Positions 1 through 11,762 of a DNA stretch of 64,000 nt are shown here, piece by piece (position 1 is the stretch's first letter; the number at the start of each line of letters is the position of its first letter). The DNA comes from Cirrosporium novae-zelandiae (lineage: Eukaryota). The notes under the pieces are model-generated. The model had not been told where the DNA came from. It was given only the letters and a program-made list of their open reading frames with translations, and ran no database searches. A program made the translations under genes and the position numbers. The stretch covers positions 62,001 to 126,000 of the forward strand of contig JAPETS010000003.1 in assembly GCA_026023565.1 (NCBI GenBank). The letters run 5' to 3'.

Positions 1-512
1 ATAGTACTATCGGCTCCAGCTTTCATGAGATCCTTATTGTCCTCGAGGGCAAGTGCTGCGACTAATTTATAGACCGAAAGGTCTTGGATACCATTCGTCT
101 TGATGTAACCGACCATGGCGTGAATGAAGGTTGGGTCGTGCTCGTCATTACTCTGTAAACAATCGTTGATTCTTTCCAGATTCTCTCTCTGTTCGTAGGT
201 TTCTTTTGTGATTTTTCCGGCATTTATATCCTCCAGAATCTTTCGGCGCTTAGCCGATACATCATCACCATCATCACTGTCATCACTGTCATCTTCACCT
301 TCGGAACTGCTATCCGAATTATCCTTTTGGTTTTCATGATCATCATTGTTCAGCCTATCGCTTGCCTTTATCTCACTCTTCTTCTCGTGATTAATGGATT
401 TCATTTTAGCTGTTAGATTCTCATTGCCAATTTCACACCGCGAGGTGAGCTGGCGCTGGGTGGATAGCTGTTGAGGTTCGTCTGATCTCATGGTGCTCGG
501 TTTGTAGGTCAT
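1..512 (-). CDS. 5' part of an uncharacterised gene running off the window edge (acidic N-terminus followed by a possible ankyrin-like helix)
   Basis: Open frame from ATG 512 (alternative ATG 404) to the edge: MTYKPSTMRS...MKSINHEKK...SSSEGEDDSDDSDDGDDVSAKRRKILEDINAGKITKE...DPTFIHAMVGYIKTNG...; absent from the ORF track because its stop lies outside the window. The product cannot be identified from this fragment. Confidence 0.6.
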   Translation of the reverse strand, partial: MTYKPSTMRSDEPQQLSTQRQLTSRCEIGNENLTAKMKSINHEKKSEIKASDRLNNDDHENQKDNSDSSSEGEDDSDDSDDGDDVSAKRRKILEDINAGKITKETYEQRENLERINDCLQSNDEHDPTFIHAMVGYIKTNGIQDLSVYKLVAALALEDNKDLMKAGADST

Positions 513-1059
513 GTAAAGATCTAAGTAGTTGAACCTCATGAAATACATATATTCCATCATTCCAAAACAAGGCTGAACAGGTGCAAGGCTGACCTTACCG
601 AGAGAAATTGGAGCCTACCGAACGACAAGCCAGCCACAACACCGTAGCGTCTTACATGCATACTGTGATGGTGTTATTGCATGACCTGTATGCAAAGAAC
701 ATCACATGATGCTCATATACTGCAGTACATTAATGGAACTGCATTATTATCTCGGCCTCGCATTTGCAGGTCCGCTTTTGTTCCCGTGCATGTCCCCCCT
801 GTTCGTTACACATGCGGTGATTATCCAAGGAATCTCATCCCAGCTAATCTTATGCAATAGTTGTTGCTCCGTAATGTCGTGTTGGGGGCCTAATAGGGAC
901 ATGTTGCCGCTTCGGGGGTCCTTGGAAGTTCGCTTCACTGTTCTTGCTTTCTTCAAGTGACTCATCGCAAGAGCGTGCGATTGAAACGAAAAAGAAAGTC
1001 CTACACGTCAACGGAGTTGCTATAGTTTCTTGATATTTTCAGGAAGGTATACTGATCTT

Positions 1060-2024
1060 ATGGATATAGATATGCCTACCGATGAATACACAAATGACAC
1101 AAGAGAAATTTATCTTGAGGAGGAAGGTGACCCGGGCGCAGAATATCATATCAAAAATCAACCGGGTCAACTACAGCGAGAATATGTCACAGACCGCGAC
1201 AACAAGATGCTAATCCAATGCACACTTTCTGCGGTTATACACGGAAATCTTGATTCAAAGTCCGAGGCCCCTGGAACACTCATAGTGTTTGATTTTCGGT
1301 TTTTCCCTAGGGTTCACGGACAGCGGTTCACTCGAGTCGACATCTCAGTTCTTTTCGAAGATGAAAAACGGAGTGAGCGATACTGCCCGGAGGTCAAAGC
1401 TATCGCACCGGATGACTATTTCATTATGCAGGCAACAACAAAGAAGCAAGAGATAAAGCGTCTGGCAGAGGCTGGCATCGATGGCGGGTCTACTGCACCT
1501 GTACATGCAGGCTTCTCATATGAAATCACAGAGTCGATTGAGAAACCCTATTCTATCAAGGTCATTGGCGCTATTAGGTTTTGGAAAGGAAATGGACGGA
1601 ATAAGGTGGAATGGACACTCCTGGAAAACACGTCGCAGCAGAGTGGTGTTCCGACATTTCTCCGCGCAGCAATTCTACTAAGCCGCAAGCACAATTCTAG
1701 CAGACGATTTATTGCTACTGTAGAAATCAAAGCCCAAAGTAACCGACTTTTAGGTATTGGAAACAAGCTTCGAGGGCTAACAGGAAGGATACCAAAGGAT
1801 GATCCCATCATCTTCAGTTCATCGGAGCCGCCTACAACGAATATCTTCGATGCTACAAACCTGGCATCACAATCTCTCAAAGATATCATGGTTGTTCAGT
1901 CATCCAAAGCCATGCCAGATGCGATTGATGGTAAGTCTCCGTCAACATTTCCCATGTAGTTAATGACTTCTTATTAGCCAATGGAAATACTAGCATCCAA
2001 CTGGATAAGGTGGCAGAAACCTAA
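1060..2024 (+). CDS. Uncharacterised beta-rich protein (~305 aa), candidate pore-forming effector
   Basis: ORF 1030..1959 with first ATG at 1060. GTAAGT...TTATTAG intron 1931-1977 gives a last exon ANGNTSIQLDKVAET* (TAA 2022-2024). Strand-like motifs IQCTLSAVIHG, GTLIVFDFRF, RFTRVDISVLFED, VEWTLLEN, GVPTFLRAAILL and DDPIIF. Confidence 0.8.
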
Positions 2025-2168
2025 AGAAATTAGGATTTCTGTAGTGTTTTAGTTAAAAACGATTTGCTAGAAACGCTTTCTCAAAGATTGAAATACACGC
2101 TTGCTTCAACCGTCCATGGGAGAATCAGCTGATGGGTCTGCTTAAATTGTAACTCCTTGCTATGAATC

Positions 2169-5100
2169 CTATATAGATCTCTCCAAGACTACCTCCGAAA
2201 ATAGATGAGCCTGGTGCGTTTCTTTGACAGTATAGAAACACTTGAAGCAATAGTCAAAATTAACACATTCTTCACAACTATACCTGATACCAAAGATTTC
2301 CTGATTCGAATTAGAAAAATGCTCTGGGTGTCATGAAACGGGACTTACACAATAACAACCATCGCAAGAGAATCCATCGTGTATTGATGCCTTCTCAGAA
2401 GGAAGGCTATCGGAGAATTTATCGTCATCTGATTTTCTCTGTAAGAAATTGGCTTTGTTCTGATAAGATAGCCCGGCTATATGCGATTCAAGAAGGCCTT
2501 GAATGGTAGGTTTTCCATGAAAAATGGCAACATGTACTGGTGTCCACCCACGCCGCGTCATATGTCGAGGGTCCGCTCCGTATTTTAACAGGCATTTGAC
2601 GACTTCCTCTGAGTTTTGTCTACACGCCCAATGCAATGGTGTCCAGCCGTCCCCATCTTCGACATCAAGGTCTGTCCTAGTCTCGTGGAGCCGCTTAATT
2701 ACTTCATGTTTACCGCCAGCTGCTGCGAAATGCATGCCTGTCCGACCCTGCTTATCCCTAGATTCGAGGAGGAGTACTGGGTCTTCTTCGCCAGCTATCA
2801 TTTTTATAATGTCCCAGCCACCACTCCATGCAGCCATATGTATGGCAAGACGCCCCTGGAGATCCTTCTGGTCTCTCTGTGGTCCTTTCTCCAATATCAT
2901 TTCCACAATGAGTGAAGACGATCTTGCAGCGGCAGCATGCAAGGCAGTTCCAAACATTCCACCTACAAGATCGAGTTCTGCTTCATCTTCCAGCAATAAT
3001 TTTACCACTTGACCGTTCGAAGACCTGAGTGCCGCCGCCTGTAGTGCCGTAAAGTAACTGCCTCCAGTCTTATTCACATCCGCCAAGTGATCTTTAAGAA
3101 GTAGCTCAACCATCTCTTCCTTGTCACTATATGCCGCCGCCTGCAAGGCTGTTCCATAATTCCCAGCCTCCCAGTTCACATCAACCTTATTACTCAGGAT
3201 AATTTTGACTAGGTCCATATCTCCATCATAAGCTGCTTTGTGAAGGAGAGTGCCATACCATAACGGATCAAAATGAATGCTAGCGCCGGCACCAAGAAGC
3301 AATGTCAGAATCTCTATATGATTATAACGAATTGCTATAATCACTGGAGTTGCCTCACTATTATCAGTAGCGTTTAAGTTAGCATTTCTGTGAATAAGAA
3401 ACTTCACAGCTTCCTTATGACCTCTAGAAACAGCTAGCATAAGGGGCGTCTGGTTTTCCCCATTTTGAACTTCGATATCAGCCCCAGCATCAAGAAGAAG
3501 TGCCATGATGTCCATATAATCTTTTGAAACAGCCTTAGTAAGCGCTGTTTCCCCCTTCTTATTATAAATATCTAGATTAGCCCCACTGTTGATCAGAATT
3601 TGTACAATCTCAAAATGCCCCTTGGATACAGCTCTCATTATTGGAGTACTTCCTTTGTTGTTTGTGGTGTCTTTATTCGCCCCGGCGGTTAATAGCATTT
3701 CCAGAGCTTCTATGCTATTTCGATACGCGGCGTCTGAGAGAGCACTACTATCGGAAGAGTCTCGGAGCTCCATGTCTGCCCTATGTAGTAGCAGTAGTCG
3801 CACAATATTTGTGTTGGAGTTAAACGCTGCCAATTGTAATGGCGTATTTCCATCAACATCCCCATAATTTACATCAGCTCCGACTTTAAGTAGAAATTCA
3901 GCCACTTTTTCGCGATCCCAAATAGCGGCTTTCATCAATGCTCTGTTGAGATATGCGGTAAATGACTCTGGTAGTTCGCGAGATGCAAATTGGACTAGAA
4001 GCTCTACAATTCCTAGGTGTCCATGTTTAGAAGCCACCATTAGCCCTGTTTTGTCTTCAAAATCATCTTTTGCTCCACTTTTAAGAAGAATTTCGATGAT
4101 TCTATAATCGTCGTTTTTCGCAGCAATAGTTAGCGGCGATCGATTACCTGGGAAAGTATTTGGATCCATCCCAGATTTCAGCAGAGCGTGTACAATATCC
4201 GTATATTTCTTTCTTGAAGCAGTTATTAAGATTCCTTCATCGTGGGAGCCGCTTAGCATTAAATATCCCTCACTGCTGAGAATCTCAGAAGCAATGGCTG
4301 GCATGCCATTCTCAACAGCGATCGTGAATGCTGTTTGGTTGGTGTTATCGACCGTGCCGAGATATTCTTGGGTGTTTGGGCGCTCAATTGATCTGTGGAC
4401 TCCTGAGTTTTTCGTATGTTGACCTTCCTGCGCTTCTTGCTCAGGGAACGGCGCTACCAGAAGCTGAGCAGCGTCCTCGCATTTATTTCTAAGTGCAGTT
4501 AATAATGCCGTTTCCTCTCTTGCATTTCTCAACCAGAACTGGGCGTGATTATTAATCAATAATTGTACGAGCCTGGTGTGGCCATTCTTAGCTGCGTAGT
4601 GAAGTGGGGTATATCTTTCTTCATCTTGTGTGTTAATGTCGATATTTTTTTGAATTAGAGTTCTGGAAATCTCATACCATCCATTCATGCAAGCTAGATG
4701 TAGAGGCGAACGACCTTTTAAGTCAACAGCACTAGGAAATCCCCCTGACTCAATGAGAAAGTCCACTACTCCGAGAAATCCGTTTTTGGATGCCATATGG
4801 AGAGGAGTCTCGTTGAATTTGTTGGGGTTGTTTACGGATGCATGGTAAGATATTAGATGTTTTGTTACGGCCAGGTGTCCACGTTCTGATGCAAGGTGCA
4901 AGGGAGTATTATCTTCATTATCTTTCACAGAGGTGGCAGGAGGTCCCATTTTGGTGAAGATGCTCACAATAGATAGATGTCCATACGCAGCAGCGGTCAG
5001 CAGTTCCGTATAGCTATCTTGTGTGTAGCCAGGCTCTTCTCTCCATTGTAGAATAATTCTCTCCACTAGCTTAGCACTTCCATTTACCGTAGCAAAATGA

Positions 5101-8100
5101 ATTAATGAAGGTGCACTTTCGAGTATGAAGTCTCTAGTTGATGCCTCTATCAGCTCCATTGCCACGTCTTCATTGCAAAATTCTGTAGCCTGCAATAGTG
5201 CCGCCCCAATTCCTGCAGAAGTAACTATTTTGCACTTTAAAAGTATGGTTACAGCTTCGATGTGCCCATTCCGCGCTGCCAGCTCTAATGATTGATCGTG
5301 ATCTTTTATCGTGAATTCAAAAGAAGAACATAGCAGTAGTTCCAGGAGTCTAGTCACACCTAGCAGACATGAGATTTGAAGCGGCGATACGGTTGTTACA
5401 CCACATCTTATTTTGCGAATGGGAATGTTTTCTAGCCAGTATTCATCGCTCCATGCTTTCAATAGATCCGCGTTTCTTAGGAATTCCAAAACAGAAAGGT
5501 CATCTTCTAGCGAGTCGTGAGCGAGCATGTAGTGTGCGGGCCAGTTGCGAACAGCATATTGATGCAAAGAGGAGGTAATCAGTCCACAAATTTGACGATC
5601 CCCTTTAGGAATTTCATGTTGATTCACCCCTTTAACAAGCTGCGACTTCTCATTTGATAATGATGCTAAGCAAAATCGAAGGAAAATAGAATAATTCTTT
5701 CCTGGATTCCAATCGAACCCAGAAAAGGCATGGCTTGCGATAAGATTCTTCAGTCGGTCATCGACGAAACTAACTTTTCTGTCCTTGATCTGTAAGACTC
5801 CTGGAAGCGCCTGTCGGATATCCTCTTCGATATCTCTCGGTATGTCATCAGTGGCTAGATCCACGAACTTCTCATTATCTATAGCTGCGGACATGATTGC
5901 AAGCTCGTCGAGCGTTAATAGACGCAGGGCAAAATAGACACATTTTAACACTTTGCAAGTCCAGTCAACTTTACTTTCCAGAAGCTTTTTTAGAACCGCG
6001 GCAGATACATTTTCTGTGTTAGCCATAAGTAAGGAGATTAACTCGGCACGGGTCGCACTAGGGTTGGATCGAACGCTAACAACTTCGAGGTATTTCATGA
6101 GGCACATCGTGCTCACGTAATCTTTAGCGGCTCTGTGAAGCAACCCCTGGAATGGTTCCTGTTGTAATTCATCCAGAGCGGGTTTTGACTTAATGAGACG
6201 GCCTGCATGGGACATGATGACGTTTTGCGCGCAAATCTCTGACTCCGGGCTATCTAAATCGATACAGAGGCATGGTACAACAGCTTTTTTAACTGCATCC
6301 ACATGCTCTTGAAAAGTGATCAGAATTTTGAAAGAAGCCTCACTCGTATCTCTTAAAACTGCTAAGCTCTGCAGGAGCCTATGGTGTGACATGTCGGAAG
6401 CTTGGATACAGCTTATGATACATGTGATGTAAATACCGCTAGGGGAACAAAGTAATGATCGGAGAAGAGTCCATAATTCGAACTCCGTCCAAGTTCCTGT
6501 TTTCTTCATTTGCTGATACAAGTCTCGGACGTGATTGAAAAGGCTTGGCCGTAAGTGCAGTAACTGTCCGGATAACGATGCCAATAAATGCGATACTGTG
6601 TGTCGGATGCCACCCTTTTTATCAAGTGTGGACGATACAACGACATCGTGTGAACTACACTTATTTTCCCGTACCGAGCTCACCAAGAATTGGGAGAGCG
6701 CGGCCGAATCATAAGGCCTCGAACTGCTGAGAAGCAATATATTTGGCAGTACGGCTTCAATCCATGAATTATACGTAGGGTGATCAAGTATCCAGCAAAA
6801 TAGCCCTTCCTGGTCTTTGGGAATGTGTCGAGACACACTAGACTCTGGGTTTCGGTGACATAAAGTCACAACACAATCAACCAGAACCTTATCTGGCCCC
6901 TCCTGAGACATGGTAGAGACGCCATGGAATGCATCAAGTAGGATATCTACTTGCTTAGAGCTGGTGAACTTGGGCATTCCATCGTAACTAGTCTGTAAAC
7001 TAATCCGTTCTTCCAATGAAGCATCGAGAGTAACTGAGTATTTATTGATGACCTACATTGTACAATGTTTAGCAGAGTAAACTATATACAATAGCTCCGA
7101 CCGTAAATAGATAGTGTGACTCCAAGGGACACGAAAAATAATAAAATTTCATATATTAAGGAGAGTTGACTGGTACGTACAACAGGGTAGGCATCATCTA
7201 GGCCTGGTTTTTGGTAGAAATCAATAATTCTGTGATTCTGTGCAACATACTCAAATTCGTCGCAGACTTGAGAAAGATATAGTGAACAGCGCTTGACCGA
7301 GTCGGGGAGCCATCCATCATAAGGACCTGGAACATTCGCTAGTATCAGATTTAATACTATTTTGTCCCAGTCATCGAGTCCACGAGCTCGATGAGGGGTT
7401 CCAAAGAAGACCTAGGTATTAATAATTAACAAAGTTGAATCTAAGTCATTGCAACATCTGTGGGAAATATACCAATAGCCAAATTTTGCTAGCGATTTCT
7501 CGATATTCTGAATCATGTGTAGCGAACAATAGAGCCTGGGCAGAGGTGGAATTAGCAACAGGGCTTTAAAATAAAAATCAAGTTATTACATCGCAAGTAT
7601 TAGTATAAGTACCTGCTGAAGAATGATGCCGCCCACAAAATCTCCAATGAGTATTATGGGACAAATATTTCCATCCTAATTGAAAAAATTCAGTTATCGG
7701 CCCACTAACTCAGATGGTGGGCGTACTGACTATACTAGTGGAAGGATTGTCAATAATCCTTTGAAGTAGCTTAGTTGCAAGTTCTTGAATCATTAGTGCA
7801 GGTGATGGTGATTTCACAATATCGCCGAGTTCATATTTTTCACGGATCATATCTTTATCATTCACCCAGCTAAGCAAATTTGTGTTTTTTGGGTTTATAT
7901 GTGAGGCTCCAGTCACCAGCTGCATTCACAGCAACAACGCTGTTAAGATTAACAGTTGCCTCTAATGAGGTGATCGAGCTGCAGTCTTACCAAGCTTTTG
8001 AAACGATGTTGTCACTGGCTGCACTATCTTTATTATCAGACATTGCCAATTCCTCATCAGCTTCAAGAGCAGATTCTTGCCCGTAATCGTTTTCACTTTC

Positions 8101-8172
8101 AGCAACACTGCTATCTACTTCATCTTCATCACTACTTTCAGCAGAGCTAGCTATGCTTGAACTTGAAGACAT
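2169..8172 (-). CDS. NLR-like protein: degenerate SesB-like alpha/beta-hydrolase, degenerate NACHT, >20 ankyrin repeats, C-terminal ZZ zinc finger (apparent frameshift in exon 2)
   Basis: Reconstructed exons 8172-7991, 7939-7731, 7675-7613, 7535-7473, 7411-7181, 7052-2349 and 2300-2169, all with GT..AG introns. Motifs VVAVNA, PIILIGDFVGGIILQQ, VFFGTPHR, WILDHPTYNSW, YAVRNWPAH, many TPLHxA/YGTALQAAA ankyrins, and CDGC...YSCEECVNFDYCFKC...H..H. Confidence 0.9.
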
Positions 8173-9263
8173 CGGGCTAGAGTCTGCAGTGCAAAAGACA
8201 CTAGAATCGTTCGATACGTCAAAATTGGCAAAGAAATCAGATTTCTGGGGGAAAAAAGCAGATTGAGTATTGCCAGAGCATAGGGATATGCTATATACAT
8301 TATAGGCGTTCTCTTGCACTTTTTCTCTCTAGTTTTGATGGTAAGGCTGGAGTTGAGAACGCTATATGCATGTGCATGTCAGCACAACTCTTGCATTTCA
8401 GCTCATGTATAACTTTTGGCTGTCACGAAAGTAGTTAGTAGTTGGGGCTTCGCAAAAAAATCTGACTGTTAACGTAACTGACCTGGGGTTGGACAACGAC
8501 CGAGAGCTAGTTATTTCACCAAAATTTGATTCTTGGAATAAGGGGTCTGAGCTGACCAACTCCCAGTGGTTGTCCCATTCTAGGCCAGTTACATTAAGCA
8601 TTTTGGGGGGATAGGATAGCTAGGATCCCCTAGTTAAAAGAGGAAACAACATTGCAGATAATGTGGCTTCATGCGTTTGGAACTGCAGCGTACCTCCGTA
8701 CTTGCATTTGAATTTCATCCACTAGTGAGTTGGTTATAACAGTCTATTATGGTAGACTAAATTCACAAAATAAATCAGTGGTGTAGGTTGAACCAACAGG
8801 TTAAGCCAACGTGACTAGTCTAGTACTGTAGACTAGCTACGCAGTGTAGACCAGTCTGACAAAATGAATCACTTTGATGTTGTCGACTGGTCACGTAACA
8901 CTAAGGCACCTACTCTAAGTGGCTCGTGCTTTATACCTTCTAGATAAGAGACCTCTACTGAGCTCTCAGGTCAGCAAGCATCCATAGAAATTACATGACA
9001 TCACCCCTCAGTGAGATGAGCCTTTATAGTTATTTGAAAAAGCTTCTTTAATAGTCATTAGTGCTTTTTCATAATTATTATCATTACCCTAGAAAAGTAC
9101 TGTACTGCAGGGTAATATAAGTATAGAAAATTTTCACCACTTATCGATACTACGGCCACCCTAAGAGTAACTCAGAGTCTTGGACAATAACAATTGATTT
9201 GCAACGCAGGAACTAGAGAGTATTCAAATTCAAGAAGAATTAAAGTACAGGCACTACACATCC

Positions 9264-10072
9264 TCACCAGGGATACACACCATCCTTATGAACAAATTTA
9301 CCCGCATCCGCATCCCGCTTCCCCTGTATGATACTCAGAAGCGTCTCTCCAGAAATCTTTGGATCCCCCGCGTGGCCCCATCCGCTCCTTGATTCCTCGT
9401 CGTGACCACGAAGATTCGATCGTACGAATCCTGGGCACATGGCGAATACCTTCAGAGGTGTTGAATCGTACACAATTGATTCCTGTAAGGCGATCATGTT
9501 GAGGGCCGCCTTACTTGCACGATAGGCTTCTCCGTTCGCAAGGCTGCGGTATTGTGATGACGTTGGATCGGATGCTCTGGAGAGCGATCCAACACCGCTA
9601 CTCACGTAGATGGAGTATGGCTTTGGGGACTTGAGTAGTAATGGTCTGAAAGCTGCGGAAACCACCGCTGGTCCAACGACGTTGGTGTCCATGGATAGCT
9701 GAAAGCGAGTCTTGACGTTTGGATCTCTGTTGCCGACTGCGGCGTTGTTCACCAGCACGTCCAGCCGTCCAAATTTTTGCTCGACAAGTGCCGCGGCTTG
9801 TTCGACCGAGTTTTCGTCGGTGACATCGAGCTGCACGGGCGACAGATGGCCTTTTATACCAGCGGCCTCGATCTCTGAAATTGCATTTTTTGCTTTTTCG
9901 AGAGTCCGGCTGGCCATGATGACGTGAAAGCTCTCCGATGCGCAGGCTATCACCTTTGCTGCTGCGAACCCCACTCCGGAATTGGCTCCTGTGTTGCTCA
10001 TATTAGCAGATGATTATTTCCAAGTTTATATCTCATATTCTCACCGGTAATGAGGACAATTGTTGAAGACAT
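9264..10072 (-). CDS. Short-chain dehydrogenase/reductase (SDR)
   Basis: Exon 1 MSSTIVLIT (ATG 10072) and intron 9989-10044 give TGANSGVG (TGxxxGxG); LDVLVNNAA; catalytic YRASK; CPGFVRSNL. Confidence 0.95.
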
Positions 10073-10455
10073 ATTCAAGATGTTAAGGGACAAAGGTTTA
10101 GAAAGATGCTGTAGGTGAGTTGATTGAAGTGCTGGCTACATACCTATGAAAGAACTCATCAATTTATAGACAGAATAGTACCACACTATGGAGTAACATT
10201 CGTCCCGCGCCGAAAACCTACCAAGCGGCGATCGATTCCTATGCATTCATAATCATCAATGTGATTGGACGTGACTTTCTCGCGGAGAAATTCATATCAA
10301 AACCATTGAAGCTGGCGTTCCATAACAGATGGATTGGTAAGTCGAAGGAAGCTATTCCCTCTCGGGGGGAACCCACAAAGAACCAACACTGGGGTTAAGC
10401 TTAAGAGACGGAATTAAGATCTTTCCTTAACAATTTATTTAGGCGTCAGTTATTC

Positions 10456-11243
10456 TTGAGAAAACCCTACGAAGACTCAATACCAGAGTTCAACCTAACG
10501 AGCGGAGTTAAGATCTTCCCCGAAATACCGGAAAACATTCATCACGAATATATATATGAGCATTTGTTAAGCACAAAGGGGCTAATCCCTTTGGGGAGAA
10601 ACCATCGAGGATTCGACATCAGAGTGGAGCTAAAAAAGAACGGAGATAAGGCTTTCCTTAAGCCCGAGGATACATGTATATTTTTAAAAACAAACGTTCG
10701 GTGGCTGAGGGTCTAGTTGGATCCTAAACTGGATTTCCGGGAACACTATATGAAACACTTAGCTAAGGCGAAGCACGCAAGAAAAGCAACCAAGCATATG
10801 TCATCGAAACGAGCCATCTACCAGGCTAGCCCGTCAGATAGCAAGCAAGCACGGCGGACTCGACATACGCGTACGATATGAAATTCGGTGGCTTGTAAGG
10901 CTGTTGTGTCAATCTAGGAGTGTACAATATAACATATGGGATATAGGACAAGTAACCTGACTGAGGATACGGTTATGTGGAGCATTAGTCTGTGGTATAG
11001 AATAAGAGCAAGAATAGAAAATAAAGGGGATAAAAATGAGGAAAATGGGGGAAATGGAAAAGAGGAGGACCAGAGATAGCTTTTATTGCCTATAGGATTA
11101 ATTGTCGTTACTTGGTAGGGTCAGATTGGTTATGGTGCAACTTGTATGATGTTTCGAAGTTCTAACCTGGTGGGGTAATAGATAATTAGGGTTCTAGTGT
11201 GCAAACCATGCAAATATATAAACCATACAAATACAACTACAAC
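10456..11243 (+). mobile_element. Degenerate 3' relic of a non-LTR (LINE, Tad1-like) retrotransposon
   Basis: The ORF 10456 frame continues through its stop as NVRWLRV*LDPKLDFREHYMKHLAKAK, matching the VRWLGVWLDxKLxFxxH signature of the LINE RT thumb. The region ends in a short-repeat tail ATATATAAACCATACAAATACAACTACAAC (~11214-11243). Boundaries approximate. Confidence 0.55.
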
Positions 11244-11373
11244 CCGTTACGCTGCTATAACCAGTATACTCTACCGTACTATATTACATATATACAGCCA
11301 GATTGATGTCGCTGTCGAACCCCGCAAGTTAGATTAAAGAATACTGCAAGTTAGACTTTTCAATTGGACTTGT

Positions 11374-11459
11374 CAGCGAAAGGAATGGATCAGACCAAAT
11401 AAACAAATGGTTTGACCCCAACCGACCGGATTGATCGGTCTGGTCCATTCATTTCACCG
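11374..11459. repeat. Degenerate inverted-repeat element of the GACCA family
   Basis: Left CAGCGAAAGGAATGGATCAGACCA; right end reverse-complements to CGGTGAAATGAATGGACCAGACCGA; both resemble the TIR at 43371. Confidence 0.6.
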
Positions 11460-11762
11460 AGCTCATATTCTCGATCTGTATAAATAGTTAGAATGTTCTT
11501 AGGAAACAGTATTGGGTCCACAGATATTTTACCTATTTAAGTAGGTTGTATCCGAATTCTAACAGGAAGTATTAGAAGGAATGAAGTGTAATAGTCGAAG
11601 AACTGAAAATAAATTAGGTTAACAGAAACCAGCGTACCCCAAAGTTAGAATATACGCACGGCTTTCCAACTCCCTCGATATCGAATTGTGCCTAGGCATT
11701 GGTACGATATTAGACCCTCAATATGGGGTCTCTATCTAGCGATATTCTATGGCTGTTATCCA

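Noticed and set aside
1..512. Annotating gene 1 as a subtilisin (S8) protease
   Set aside because: No catalytic motif lies within the window; kept only as a hypothesis.
1060..2024. Calling this protein a fungal gasdermin (RCD-1/HET-Q1 family)
   Set aside because: Size and context fit, but I recognise no gasdermin sequence motifs; only a single hairpin-like segment is evident.
3300..3900. Highly conserved, hypervariable tandem ankyrin array as in het-e-type allorecognition NLRs
   Set aside because: The repeats are well diverged from one another; no near-identical 99-bp units are visible.
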